Positions 32,873-42,238 of a stretch of 64,000 bases of DNA are shown piece by piece. The DNA lies in contig CBDAOY010000009.1 in assembly GCA_965198225.1 (NCBI GenBank), positions 96,001 through 160,000 on the forward strand, read 5' to 3'. The notes beneath the pieces are model-generated. The model made no database searches, was not told where the DNA came from, and saw nothing but the letters and a program-made list of their open reading frames with translations. The stretch's first letter is position 1. Every line of letters begins with the position of its first letter. The DNA comes from Terriglobia bacterium. GTDB lineage: Bacteria > Acidobacteriota > Terriglobia > 20CM-2-55-15. A program made the translations under genes and the position numbers.

Positions 32873-33619
32873 TCAGGGTTGATTTTCGACTTCCCAGGAC
32901 CGTCGTTGCCGCACAACTTCGTAGAGGGCCAGTCCGGCGGCCACCGACAGGTTCAGCGATTCGATGCGGCCCAGCATCGGAAAACGGATCAGAGCATCGC
33001 ATGTCTCCCGCACGAGGCGCCTGATTCCACGGTGTTCCGCTCCCAGCACCAGGGCTACCGGAACGGTGAAATCGAACTCCGTCCACGTGATCTCAGCAAC
33101 CGGGTCGACACCGACGACCCAGATTCCGCGCTTCTTGGCGTCCCTAATTGCTGAAACCAGGTTTCGAACGCGGGCGATGGGAAGGTGATCGACGGCTCCC
33201 GCAGACGCCCGGGCAACAGCCGTCGACAGCGGGGCCGTCCGGCGATCGCTGAGGACGAGACCTGACGCTCCGGAGGCCTCGGCGGTCCGGATGACCGCTC
33301 CAAGGTTTTGTGGATCCTGGACTTCATCCAGCATCACCAGGAGCGCATTGGGGGCGGCGACGAGGTCCTCCAGCGACCGGTAGGGCACGACTCCGGTAAT
33401 GGCGACGACCCCCTGGTGGGGTTGTCCTCCCGGAACCAGCCGATCCAGGATGGTCCGCGGCTCGCGGCGAACAGGAATCCCTCGCTCACGCGCAAGTTCG
33501 AAAATCCGTTGGAGTTTTGCCCCCCCGGACTCCCGAGCGACGTAAATGCGATCGAGCGAGCGAGAGCCGGACTGTAGGGCCTCATAGACCGGATGGATGC
33601 CGATAATCTCTTCATCCAT
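32873..33619 (-). CDS. rlmB: 23S rRNA Gm2251 2'-O-methyltransferase (SPOUT)
   Basis: HQGV, DPQNLGAVIRTA, SLNLSVAAG. Confidence 0.93.
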   Translation of the reverse strand: MDEEIIGIHPVYEALQSGSRSLDRIYVARESGGAKLQRIFELARERGIPVRREPRTILDRLVPGGQPHQGVVAITGVVPYRSLEDLVAAPNALLVMLDEVQDPQNLGAVIRTAEASGASGLVLSDRRTAPLSTAVARASAGAVDHLPIARVRNLVSAIRDAKKRGIWVVGVDPVAEITWTEFDFTVPVALVLGAEHRGIRRLVRETCDALIRFPMLGRIESLNLSVAAGLALYEVVRQRRSWEVENQP

Positions 33620-35096
33620 AACGGGAAACGAACTCCTCCACGCGCTGCCGGCACCCCAAAACGCTGGACACTCCCAGCCGGGAAGCCGTTTCGACGAGGG
33701 GAATCAGCTTATCCAGCTCCGGACCCGACGAGCGACCCGTCAGCGCGACACGAAGCGGACGGAATAACTGGCGGCCTTTCCTCCCCGTCGCCTTCTTGAG
33801 TTTCCCCACGATCTCGCGGAAGTCCTCGAACGTCAGGTGATCGCGCTGTTTCAGCTCCTCGCCGAAGAGACGAATCAGTTCGATGGCGCCGCCATCCGCG
33901 ACGACGTCGGAGAAGTCGCCGGCCTCATCGACGGGAAATGCCAACGCCGAGTCCAGGGCGGCAGGCAACTTGCTGACGACATCGACGCCTCCGATGAGCG
34001 TATCGACAACAACCCGCACCCATTCGTCCTGTTCCGATTCAGGAAGCTTGCCTTCGGCCCCCAGCGCGTCCCGGACCAGCGGAATGGTCTTCGAGCTTTG
34101 TTTCAGGTACTGACGGTTTATGAAGTTCAGCTTGCCGGTGTCGAAGACCGCGGGGTTCTTGTTGACGCGATCCAACCGAAACTCGTCAACCAGCCGCCCT
34201 GGAGGTACGATTTCGCTGCCTTCGGCGCCCGGTGACCAGCCCAGCAGCGCGATGTAGTTCATCAACGCTTCGGGCAGGTAGCCTGCCTCCCGAAACTGGG
34301 CCGCCGAGGTCGCGCCATGCCTCTTGCTTAACCGGGTCTGGTCCGGCCCGAGAATCGTCGACAGGTGAGCAAAATGCGGCGTCGGCCGACCGAGCGCTTC
34401 ATAGATCAACACCTGCTTCGGCGTGTTGGACAGGTGGTCGTCTCCCCTGATGACATGGGAAATCTCCATCAGCGCGTCATCGACGACCACGGCGTAGTTG
34501 TAAGTCGGGCTTCCGTTTGACCGGAGAATTATGGGATCGCTGATGACCTCGCTCGAAAACCGCATGTGGCCATGAACGAGGTCGTCGAACAGGATGGGGC
34601 CCTTTCGGACCTTCAACCGCATCACCGACGGCTCCGAGGCGGCGAGTCGACGCTTCACTTCTTCGAGTGCCAGGTCGTGACAGGTGCCTGGATACGTCCA
34701 CGACATGCCGGCCCGTTTCGCCTCCTCGGCTTGGCGCGTCAGGTCTTCCTCGCGACAGAAGCAGGGAAAAGCCCTCCCCGCGTCCCGAAGCCGGCCGGCA
34801 TGTTCCCGGTAGAGATCGAACCGCTCCGATTGGCGATATGGGCCATACGGACCGCCGACGTCGGGCCCCTCGTCCCAGTCCATTCCGAACCAACGCAGAT
34901 CCCGGTAGATAAGCTCCTCGAACCGGCGTTCGGACCGTTCGGCGTCGGTGTCCTCGATCCGCAGAACAAACCCGCCCCCGGACTGCCGAGCAAACAGCCA
35001 GGCAAAAAGACCCGTCCTGAGGTTGCCGACATGGAGCAGACCGGTTGGACTGGGCGCGTAGCGAACGCGAATGTTCTCTGGATTGGGAGCGCTCAT
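33612..35096 (-). CDS. gltX: Glutamate--tRNA ligase
   Basis: RYAPSPTGLLHVGN, RIEDTD, RGDDH, LSKRHG; ATG at 35096 chosen. Confidence 0.96.
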   Translation of the reverse strand: MSAPNPENIRVRYAPSPTGLLHVGNLRTGLFAWLFARQSGGGFVLRIEDTDAERSERRFEELIYRDLRWFGMDWDEGPDVGGPYGPYRQSERFDLYREHAGRLRDAGRAFPCFCREEDLTRQAEEAKRAGMSWTYPGTCHDLALEEVKRRLAASEPSVMRLKVRKGPILFDDLVHGHMRFSSEVISDPIILRSNGSPTYNYAVVVDDALMEISHVIRGDDHLSNTPKQVLIYEALGRPTPHFAHLSTILGPDQTRLSKRHGATSAAQFREAGYLPEALMNYIALLGWSPGAEGSEIVPPGRLVDEFRLDRVNKNPAVFDTGKLNFINRQYLKQSSKTIPLVRDALGAEGKLPESEQDEWVRVVVDTLIGGVDVVSKLPAALDSALAFPVDEAGDFSDVVADGGAIELIRLFGEELKQRDHLTFEDFREIVGKLKKATGRKGRQLFRPLRVALTGRSSGPELDKLIPLVETASRLGVSSVLGCRQRVEEFVSRYG

Positions 35097-35103
35097 GCGA
35101 GCA

Positions 35104-35583
35104 TCAATCCATGAACACGAGCGCCACGGCCTGAGCCGCGATTGCCTGTTCGGTGCCAACCTCGCCGAGCCGTTCCATGGTCTTGGCTTTCACGTGAACC
35201 GAGTCTGCGGGTACCTCGAGTACCCCGGCTATCTTTGCCTGCATCGATGGAAAGTAGGGGAGCAGTCTGGGCCGCTCGGCCAGGATGTTGGAATCGATGT
35301 TCCCTATTTCATAGCCCTTGTGCCGGACCAACTCAGCCGTGTCACGCAACAATTCGGTGCTGGCAATGCCCTTGAAACGGGAGTCGGTGTCGGGAAACTT
35401 CTCTCCGATATTACCCAGCCCGCAAGCCCCAAGCAGGGCGTCGGTGATGGCATGCAGAAGCACGTCGCCGTCCGAGTGCCCGACAAGTCCCTTCTCGTGG
35501 GGAATCTCCACTCCACCGAGCATGAGCTTGCCATCGGCTTCGAGACGATGCATGTCGAAACCGATTCCGATGCGGAATTTCAC
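35104..35583 (-). CDS. ispF: 2-C-methyl-D-erythritol 2,4-cyclodiphosphate synthase
   Basis: RIGIGFDMH, HSDGDVLLHAITDALLGA. Confidence 0.97.
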   Translation of the reverse strand: MKFRIGIGFDMHRLEADGKLMLGGVEIPHEKGLVGHSDGDVLLHAITDALLGACGLGNIGEKFPDTDSRFKGIASTELLRDTAELVRHKGYEIGNIDSNILAERPRLLPYFPSMQAKIAGVLEVPADSVHVKAKTMERLGEVGTEQAIAAQAVALVFMD

Positions 35584-36275
35584 TCGACCGGTTCCCGCTC
35601 TTCGTCGAGAAGGAATCTTGCCAGGGAGAGATCGGTGGGCCTCGTGATCTTGATGTTGCGGTCTGAGCCGCGCACGACGGACACGGGACGGCCGAGCCGC
35701 TCGACCAGGCTGGCTTCGTCCGTACCGTAGTATCCATCCTTGCGTGCGGCATCGAAAGCTTCACGCAGCACATCTGTTCGGAAGGCCTGCGGCGTCTGCG
35801 CCAGTACGAGGTGCTCGCGCCTCAAGGTTGATTTGACGGAGTCTCGCTGGACCTCCTTGACGGTGTCGGTGATCGGTATGGCAAGAATCGCGGCACCGCT
35901 GCGGTCGGCTTCCGCCACGACCTCCTCGATCTCGTCCAGGCTGACGAACGGTCGGACCCCGTCGTGCACGACGACGATTTCGGTGTCCGAATCGAGCTGC
36001 CGCATCGCCATTCCGACGGAGTCCTGACGGCGCTCACCTCCTTCTATGGCGGTGATGGGTTTCTCGAGACTCGCGCCCGCAACCAACTCACGCACCTCTT
36101 CGACGGCCTCCCGTGGGGCGGCGATAACGATGTGATCGATGCGTCTCGAGGCGTCGAACTTGCGAAGCGTCGACACGAGTATGGGGACGCCGTCCAGGAC
36201 TAGAAACTGTTTGGGCCTGTCGGCTTTCATCCGGCGGCCGGCGCCGGCCGCCGCGATAATGGCACCTGTTTTCAT
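35580..36275 (-). CDS. ispD: 2-C-methyl-D-erythritol 4-phosphate cytidylyltransferase
   Basis: AAGAGRRM..PKQF, GGERRQDSV, HDGVRPF, QTPQAF. Confidence 0.97.
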   Translation of the reverse strand: MKTGAIIAAAGAGRRMKADRPKQFLVLDGVPILVSTLRKFDASRRIDHIVIAAPREAVEEVRELVAGASLEKPITAIEGGERRQDSVGMAMRQLDSDTEIVVVHDGVRPFVSLDEIEEVVAEADRSGAAILAIPITDTVKEVQRDSVKSTLRREHLVLAQTPQAFRTDVLREAFDAARKDGYYGTDEASLVERLGRPVSVVRGSDRNIKITRPTDLSLARFLLDEEREPVE

Positions 36276-36348
36276 ATGATAGCGCTCCTCGGCACGGGTA
36301 TCTCTCCCAACGAGATCTCCTTCATCGAGGATCGAGCGTCTCTGAAGA

Positions 36349-36415
36349 AGTAGTCAGTAGTCAGTTAGAGGAATATAGCTCTTACTCGTCAGACAACCGG
36401 TCACTCATCACTGAC
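36349..36415. repeat. Inverted pair of heptamer arrays
   Basis: AGTAGTCAGTAGTCAGTTAG ... GACAACCGGTCACTCATCACTGAC, just after the PIN/TRAM stop. Confidence 0.7.
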
Positions 36416-37573
36416 TTATTTCGCGTGGACGCCCGTCTGCTGATGTTTCGCCGATCGGTCAGGCCGGTCCGAACGGTCGCGACCACCGCGGTCGTCGCGA
36501 GGCGGTTGATGGTCTCGCTTCTCTTCGTAGCGGCCAAAGATCATCTTTCCCGCCGTCGTCTGTAGGACACTCGTCACGGAAGAGTCGACCGTCTTGCCGA
36601 TCATCTTGCGCGCATTGTCCACGACGACCATCGTTCCGTCATCCAGGTACGCAATACCCTGGTTGAACTCCTTGCCCTCTTTCAGGATGAAAACCTTCAT
36701 GACTTCGCCAGGCAGATAGACGGGCTTCAAGGCATTCGCCAGTTCGTTGATGTTCAATACTTCGACGCCGCGTAGCTGAGCCACCTTGTTCAGGTTGAAG
36801 TCATTCGTGACGATCTTCGCGTCCATCTCCTTCGCCAGTTCGATCAGTTTCATGTCGACTTCGCGAATCTGGGGATAATCGTTCTCGACAAACTGAACCG
36901 TGATACCCGACATCTTCTGTATTCGCTGCAGGATGTCCAGGCCCCGCCGGCCCCTGTTGCGTTTCAGGCTGTCGGCGGAGTCCGCCACCTGCTGAAGCTC
37001 CCTGAGGACGAAGTGGGGTATAACCAGGACTCCGTCCAGGAACCCGGTCTCGCAAATGTCGGCAATCCGCCCGTCGATGATGACGCTGGTGTCCAGGATC
37101 TTGTAGTCGCGTTTCGGCGGGCGCTCCGCTCCGAAGATGCCCCCCAGTGCGGAGAGGTTGAGTAGGTCCCCTTTGTTGGCACCGACGACCAGACCGACAT
37201 AGACCATGAGGAACAGGACGAAGATTTTTACGAACGATAGCGAACTCTCATCGAATGTGGTCTGGGTCAGTAACTCGCCGATCATGCTTGCGCCGACGAT
37301 TCCCAGAATCGAACCGAAGGCGGCGCCGATGAGGCGTTTGAGCGAGGCACGACGGACGCGATGCTCGAAGTAAATGATCCCGAGCGCGCTGGCAAGCCCT
37401 ATAAGAAGTGTATATGGACCGGAAAGTCCAAAAGGACGAATAAAGTAGGCGGCCACCATCAACGTTGCGGCGAAGATCATCCGGACCACGATGATGTCGA
37501 TCAGGAAGTTCTCTTCCTTGCCGGATACGTTTGGCGCCCCTTCTGGTAACGATGTGTTCTGGTATTGTTCCAT
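36416..37573 (-). CDS. Membrane-anchored PIN/TRAM domain protein (YacL-like)
   Basis: N-terminal TM helices, KILDTSVIIDGRI, RGRRGLDIL, TNDFNLNKVA, GIAYLDDGTMVVV, QTTAGKMIF. Confidence 0.93.
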   Translation of the reverse strand: MEQYQNTSLPEGAPNVSGKEENFLIDIIVVRMIFAATLMVAAYFIRPFGLSGPYTLLIGLASALGIIYFEHRVRRASLKRLIGAAFGSILGIVGASMIGELLTQTTFDESSLSFVKIFVLFLMVYVGLVVGANKGDLLNLSALGGIFGAERPPKRDYKILDTSVIIDGRIADICETGFLDGVLVIPHFVLRELQQVADSADSLKRNRGRRGLDILQRIQKMSGITVQFVENDYPQIREVDMKLIELAKEMDAKIVTNDFNLNKVAQLRGVEVLNINELANALKPVYLPGEVMKVFILKEGKEFNQGIAYLDDGTMVVVDNARKMIGKTVDSSVTSVLQTTAGKMIFGRYEEKRDHQPPRDDRGGRDRSDRPDRSAKHQQTGVHAK

Positions 37574-37665
37574 ATGGCACCTAACTTTCTATCTACGAAT
37601 GTACAAAAAAGCTAAAATCCACCGCATGCGATTATAAATTATTGATATCAATAAGAATAGCTAAT

Positions 37666-37688
37666 AGTTGTCGGTAGTCAGTTGTCAG
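37666..37688. repeat. Heptamer tandem array
   Basis: AGTTGTC-GGTAGTC-AGTTGTC-AG. Confidence 0.7.
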
Positions 37689-37768
37689 CGAAATCGTGGT
37701 GACTCTGGTGTCGGTCGCCTGGTTAAAGCGAGTTTTCCAGGCGGGAGTGGCAGGCGGGTTCGTTGCCT

Positions 37769-39142
37769 CTATTGGCTGCTGGCCACGGACAACTGGTTCT
37801 GCCCGAAAAGGGCCTCGACCGCCTCGTGCAGGTTGTCTACCGGAAGGGGGTCGAAACTGCTCAGACGCTCCGAAACGGTCTGGCGCGGAGTCACACCTTC
37901 ACTAAAACCAAGCGCCTTCGCCTCTTTGAGTCTAATCTCCGGGTACAGGCAGGATCGAACCTCGCCCCCGAGACCGACCTCACCGAAGACGATGGTGGAT
38001 GAAGGGATGGGCCGGTTCAAGTAGCTCGAGACTATCGCCGCCACGATCGCCAGGTCGGCAGCAGGTTCGTCGATCTCCAGACCGCCGACGACGTTCAGGT
38101 AGATGTCCTGGTCCCAGAGGTTGATCCCGAGCCGCTTTTCGATGACGGCCGACAGCAGGGCCAGGCGCTGGGGATCCACTCCCGTCGTCAGCCTCCGGGG
38201 TGTCCCGAAGTGGGTCCGGGACACCAGCGCTTGCAGCTCGACCAAAAGGGGTCTGGACCCCTCTACGCAACAGGCGATGGCTGAACCGGCGTCGGGTCCG
38301 TTTCTCGGCGACAGGAACAGCCCAGATGGGTTCTCGACGGGGCGCAGTCCGTTGGCGCCCATCTCGAAGATGCCGAGTTCGTTTGCCGGACCGAAGCGAT
38401 TCTTGATCGTGCGCACGATGCGGTGCGGGTGCTGGCGGGGACCTTCGAAATAAAGGACCGTATCGACGATGTGCTCCAGTGCCTTGGGTCCGGCGAGAGA
38501 ACCCTCCTTCGTGATGTGCCCGATCAGGAAAACGGGCACATGGCGTTTCTTGGTCCAGAAGAGGAATTGCGAAGCAACCTCCCGCACCTGGCCTATGCTG
38601 CCCGGAGCCATATCCAGCTTCTCGCTGAAGGTCGTCTGGATCGAATCGATCACTACGGCGCCGACGGCGAGTTCCTCGGCCATCGCGAGAATACGCTCGA
38701 CCGACATCTCGGAATAGATGTGCAGATCCCGTGTTTCGACCTGTAGTCGCTCACCCCGCAGCTTGATCTGCCCGGGAGACTCTTCGCCGGACGCGTACAA
38801 CACCGGGTGGACTGCTGCCAGATGCGAGGCTACGTCGAGCATCAGCGTGGACTTCCCCACCCCGGGATCGCCCCCGAGCAGTGTCAGGGCGCCGGCGACC
38901 ACGCCTCCGCCCAGCACTCTGTCGAATTCGACGATTCCCGTCGGAACCCGGGGTGCGTCCTCCACATCGAGCTCGTCAAACCGGACTGGGCTGGAGTCGG
39001 GCGCCGGTCTCGACACGGATGACTGAGGTGTCGCGCGCTCCTCGACCAACGTGTTCCACTCCTGGCAGGCCGGGCACCGGCCGACCCATTTGGGGGAAAC
39101 GTAGCCACACTGCTGGCATGCGAACTGGGTCTTTGACTTCAT
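37769..39142 (-). CDS. radA: DNA repair protein RadA/Sms
   Basis: CQQC..CPAC Zn finger, GDPGVGKST, KNRFG; ATG at 39142. Confidence 0.97.
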   Translation of the reverse strand: MKSKTQFACQQCGYVSPKWVGRCPACQEWNTLVEERATPQSSVSRPAPDSSPVRFDELDVEDAPRVPTGIVEFDRVLGGGVVAGALTLLGGDPGVGKSTLMLDVASHLAAVHPVLYASGEESPGQIKLRGERLQVETRDLHIYSEMSVERILAMAEELAVGAVVIDSIQTTFSEKLDMAPGSIGQVREVASQFLFWTKKRHVPVFLIGHITKEGSLAGPKALEHIVDTVLYFEGPRQHPHRIVRTIKNRFGPANELGIFEMGANGLRPVENPSGLFLSPRNGPDAGSAIACCVEGSRPLLVELQALVSRTHFGTPRRLTTGVDPQRLALLSAVIEKRLGINLWDQDIYLNVVGGLEIDEPAADLAIVAAIVSSYLNRPIPSSTIVFGEVGLGGEVRSCLYPEIRLKEAKALGFSEGVTPRQTVSERLSSFDPLPVDNLHEAVEALFGQNQLSVASSQ

Positions 39143-39151
39143 GCTACGGGA

Positions 39152-39214
39152 AGTGGCCAGTGGCCAGAAAGGGAAAATGGCCCGCCTTGGCTCTGACCAC
39201 TCGCCACTGACCAC
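39152..39214. repeat. Inverted pair of heptamer arrays
   Basis: AGTGGCC-AGTGGCC-AG ... CTGACCA-CTCGCCA-CTGACCA between dnaB and radA. Confidence 0.75.
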
Positions 39215-39257
39215 CATTATTGCGGACAGGAGGGCCGGGAAGGGTCCGGGCGTCAGA

Positions 39258-40598
39258 CTATCTCTCTTCGAACAGGGTCTGGAACCGCGTGTATTGGTGC
39301 TGGAACACGAGCTTCACGGTGCCGATCGGCCCGTTCCGCTGTTTGGAGATCATCAATTCGGCGAGGCCGGCATTCTCTTCCGACGGCTTGTAGACTTCCT
39401 CGCGGTAGATGAACGCCACCAGATCGGCATCCTGTTCGATCGATCCCGACTCCCGCAGGTCCGACAGCTGAGGTCGGTGATCACTACCGGCGCGTTGTTC
39501 CGGCGCCCGGCTCAACTGCGACAACGCCAGAACAGGGACGTGGAGCTCCTTGGCAAGAGCCTTCAAACCACGCGAAATACTGGAAATCTCCTGGTTGCGG
39601 TTCTCGTACCGACCGTAGCCCGACATCAACTGCATGTAGTCGACGACGAGCAGACCGAGGCCGTGCTCCGCCTTGAGGCGACGCGCCTTCGCGCGCATCT
39701 GCATGATTGTCAGCGCGGATGAATCATCGATGAAGATCGGCGCGCTGGCGATCCGTCCCAGAGAGTCAATCAGCTTCCCGAAATCATCCTTGGAAAGGTA
39801 GCCCGTTCGGACACGGTGGGCGTCCACCGTCGCCTCGGAACACAGAACACGCATCAGCAGTTGCTCTTTCGACATCTCCAGGCTGAAGATTCCGACCGGC
39901 TCACCCTTTTCGAGGGCTACGTGCTCGGCGATATTGAGCGCCATCGCAGTCTTGCCCATCGAGGGACGGGCCGCCAGGATCACCAGATCGGAGGCCTGCA
40001 GGCCGGAGGTCATCCGGTCAAAATCGTTGAAACCGGTTGCCATTCCAGTGATCATCTCCCGTTCGGTGTACAGCTTCTCGAGGAGATGGTGCGCGTCGAC
40101 CTCCAGGTCCTTAACGGCAACCAGCCCAGATTGGATTCGCTTCTCGGACAACTCGAACAGCGCCTGCTCGGCGCGATCGAGTACCTCCTCGGCGGGTTCG
40201 GCTTGTTCGAAACACTCGCTCATAATCCTGTTCGTCGAGTGGATCATCTGTCGGAAGAGCGACTTCTCGCGGATGATCTGCACATAGTGTTCGATGTTGA
40301 CCAGATGCGGTATCCCGTCCAACAGACTGGCCAGATAGGCGATGCCGCCGGAAGCTTCCAGCAGATTGGACCGATTCAATTCATCCTGGAGGGTAATCAG
40401 ATCGACAGCTTTGGAGGCATCCACAATCTCGGTCATCTGCCGGAAAATGACGCGATGAGCCTGAAGATAAAGATCTTCCTGACGGAGGTTCTCGATGACG
40501 GCGTAGTAGTTTTCGTTGTTGACCAGGATGGCCCCAAGGACCGATTTCTCAGCGTCGACGTTGTGAGGTAACGGACGTTCTATCGCTTCTCGGGCCAT
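39258..40598 (-). CDS. dnaB: Replicative DNA helicase
   Basis: AARPSMGKT, FSLEM, DYMQL, DLRESGSIEQDAD, KQRNGP. Confidence 0.99.
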   Translation of the reverse strand: MAREAIERPLPHNVDAEKSVLGAILVNNENYYAVIENLRQEDLYLQAHRVIFRQMTEIVDASKAVDLITLQDELNRSNLLEASGGIAYLASLLDGIPHLVNIEHYVQIIREKSLFRQMIHSTNRIMSECFEQAEPAEEVLDRAEQALFELSEKRIQSGLVAVKDLEVDAHHLLEKLYTEREMITGMATGFNDFDRMTSGLQASDLVILAARPSMGKTAMALNIAEHVALEKGEPVGIFSLEMSKEQLLMRVLCSEATVDAHRVRTGYLSKDDFGKLIDSLGRIASAPIFIDDSSALTIMQMRAKARRLKAEHGLGLLVVDYMQLMSGYGRYENRNQEISSISRGLKALAKELHVPVLALSQLSRAPEQRAGSDHRPQLSDLRESGSIEQDADLVAFIYREEVYKPSEENAGLAELMISKQRNGPIGTVKLVFQHQYTRFQTLFEER

Positions 40599-40609
40599 GG
40601 CGCTGACAA

Positions 40610-40638
40610 AGGATAATCAGACGAGAAAAAGCGGGCAA
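40610..40638 (-). promoter_or_regulatory. Candidate dnaB promoter (very short leader)
   Basis: Minus strand TTGCCC-17 nt-TATCCT ending 11 nt before the ATG; no SD. Confidence 0.5.
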
Positions 40639-40679
40639 CAACAAAAGCCAGAAGCACCATCGTCAGGGGCTTCTGGCTT
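40637..40679 (-). terminator. Intrinsic terminator after rplI
   Basis: AAGCCAGAAGC/GCTTCTGGCTT stem followed on the minus strand by TTGTTGTT. Confidence 0.7.
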
Positions 40680-40707
40680 CCGGTCATAAGGTCGCGGACT
40701 GCGGATT

Positions 40708-40984
40708 CTAGTGACCTGTAACAGTGCTATCGGTACCAGCGTTCGGCGGAACGGCGTCGGATTCTAGGAGTGACGCCCGAGCCAATGCTGTTTCATTGCG
40801 AGGGCGTTACGACACCGAAGACGGCGCCGCTCCGCCGAACCCTTCGGGCCGATGGGGGTTGCGGGCGATCTCTTTGTCGGAAGCCGTCACCGATGAAAGA
40901 GCATCGCTTTCCGTCTCCCTCCTCGACCTCGCCCGCAAGACCCATCGGCGATGGTGCCGATAGCACTGTTACAGGCCACTCTAG
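40708..40984. mobile_element. MITE-like non-autonomous element
   Basis: 32-bp terminal inverted repeats with 3 mismatches (40710-40741 vs 40949-40980), CTAG at both ends, nested internal stems, no transposase. Confidence 0.7.
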
Positions 40985-40989
40985 GACTC

Positions 40990-41514
40990 TTATCCGGCGT
41001 CGGCAGGCCCGGACGCTTCCTTTTCGGTTTCGTTCTCGGATTCGGGAGGGGTGTTCTCGGATTCCTGCTCGCCCTCGGCCTCGACGCGCAGTTTGATCTC
41101 GGCGACCACGTCCCGGAACAGCCGGATCGGAATGTCGAACTCACCCAACTTCTTGATGTGTTCGTCAAGAACGATCTTACGTTTGTCGATGCTAAAGCCC
41201 TTCTTCTCCAATTCCTCTGCAACGTCGGAGGTGGTTACGGAGCCGTAAAGCGCATCGTGCTCACCGACCTTGCGAGAGACGGAAACCTCCACGCCGTTGA
41301 TCAACTCCAGCAGCTTCTCCGCCTCGTCCTTGAGTTTCGTCTCGCGGCGTACAGTGTTGCTGCGTTCCTGCTCGATGATCTTTAAATTACTCGGAGTGGC
41401 GACGTAGGCCAGTTTCTTGGGCAGCAGGTAGTTCCGGGCGTAGCCGGCCTTGACCTGGACCACCTCACCGGCCCCACCGAGCTTGTCGATAGACTCTCTC
41501 AGGATAATTTCCAT
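40990..41514 (-). CDS. rplI: 50S ribosomal protein L9 (acidic C-terminal tail)
   Basis: VKAGYARNYLLP, LYGSVT; start MEIIL at 41514. Confidence 0.97.
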   Translation of the reverse strand: MEIILRESIDKLGGAGEVVQVKAGYARNYLLPKKLAYVATPSNLKIIEQERSNTVRRETKLKDEAEKLLELINGVEVSVSRKVGEHDALYGSVTTSDVAEELEKKGFSIDKRKIVLDEHIKKLGEFDIPIRLFRDVVAEIKLRVEAEGEQESENTPPESENETEKEASGPADAG

Positions 41515-41546
41515 TAGACTTCTCCGGCGCCGTTCAATCGCCCGCC

Positions 41547-41774
41547 CTAATCCATCGTGTAGGGAAGCAGGGCAATACTGCGTGCTTTCTTGATCGCGTC
41601 GTTCAACTGACGCTGGTGGGGAGTACAGACCCCTGAAATCCGGCGCGGCAAAATCTTCGCGCGCTCGGGGATGAACTGGGAAATCAGCTTCACGTCCTTG
41701 TAGTTGATCGAATCGATCTTCTCGACGCAAAACTTACAGACTTTCCGTCGCCGGTAATACTGTTTGTGGGCCAC
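41547..41774 (-). CDS. rpsR: 30S ribosomal protein S18
   Basis: [31 protein letters not shown]. Confidence 0.98.
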   Translation of the reverse strand: MAHKQYYRRRKVCKFCVEKIDSINYKDVKLISQFIPERAKILPRRISGVCTPHQRQLNDAIKKARSIALLPYTMD

Positions 41775-41790
41775 TTAAGTAATCTCTCCT

Positions 41791-42180
41791 TCAATTGGTG
41801 GGCGAGGATTCCGCGGGAGTGGCCGGCCGATTGGTCACGCGGCGGGCAGCCTTCCTCTCGCGTTCGGCACGAACCTTGTCGAGTTTTTTCTGCTCTTCGT
41901 CAATACGCACCGTCAGGTACCGCAAGACCTGGTCCATGACCCGGAATCGCCGCTCGACTTCTTTGATGATGTCCCCGTTTGCTCCCACCGTGAGCAGGAC
42001 GTAGAAGCCCTCTCTCTTCTTGTCGATCTCATAAGCAAGCTTGCGGCGGCCCATCTTCTCGATCTGCTCCACCTCGCCACCACCGTCGGTAACGACGCCT
42101 TCTACCTGAGAAGTGATCTGGTCGACCGCGTCCTCAGGAACGTTCGGGTCGACGATAAACATGATTTCGTACTTTCGCAT
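41791..42180 (-). CDS. rpsF: 30S ribosomal protein S6
   Basis: MRKYEIMFI, GRRKLAYEI, EGFY. Confidence 0.98.
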   Translation of the reverse strand: MRKYEIMFIVDPNVPEDAVDQITSQVEGVVTDGGGEVEQIEKMGRRKLAYEIDKKREGFYVLLTVGANGDIIKEVERRFRVMDQVLRYLTVRIDEEQKKLDKVRAERERKAARRVTNRPATPAESSPTN

Positions 42181-42238
42181 TAGATCTACCTAAAGATATT
42201 TGAAGTCTGCTGTAGCCCTCAGCTTGATCCTCAAAGGA

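Noticed and set aside
40724-41096. Small ORFs inside the MITE-like element as a transposase remnant
   Set aside because: No DDE or HUH motifs; composition looks non-coding.
41775-41790. Absence of ssb/priB between rpsF and rpsR
   Set aside because: Common in many lineages; not informative.
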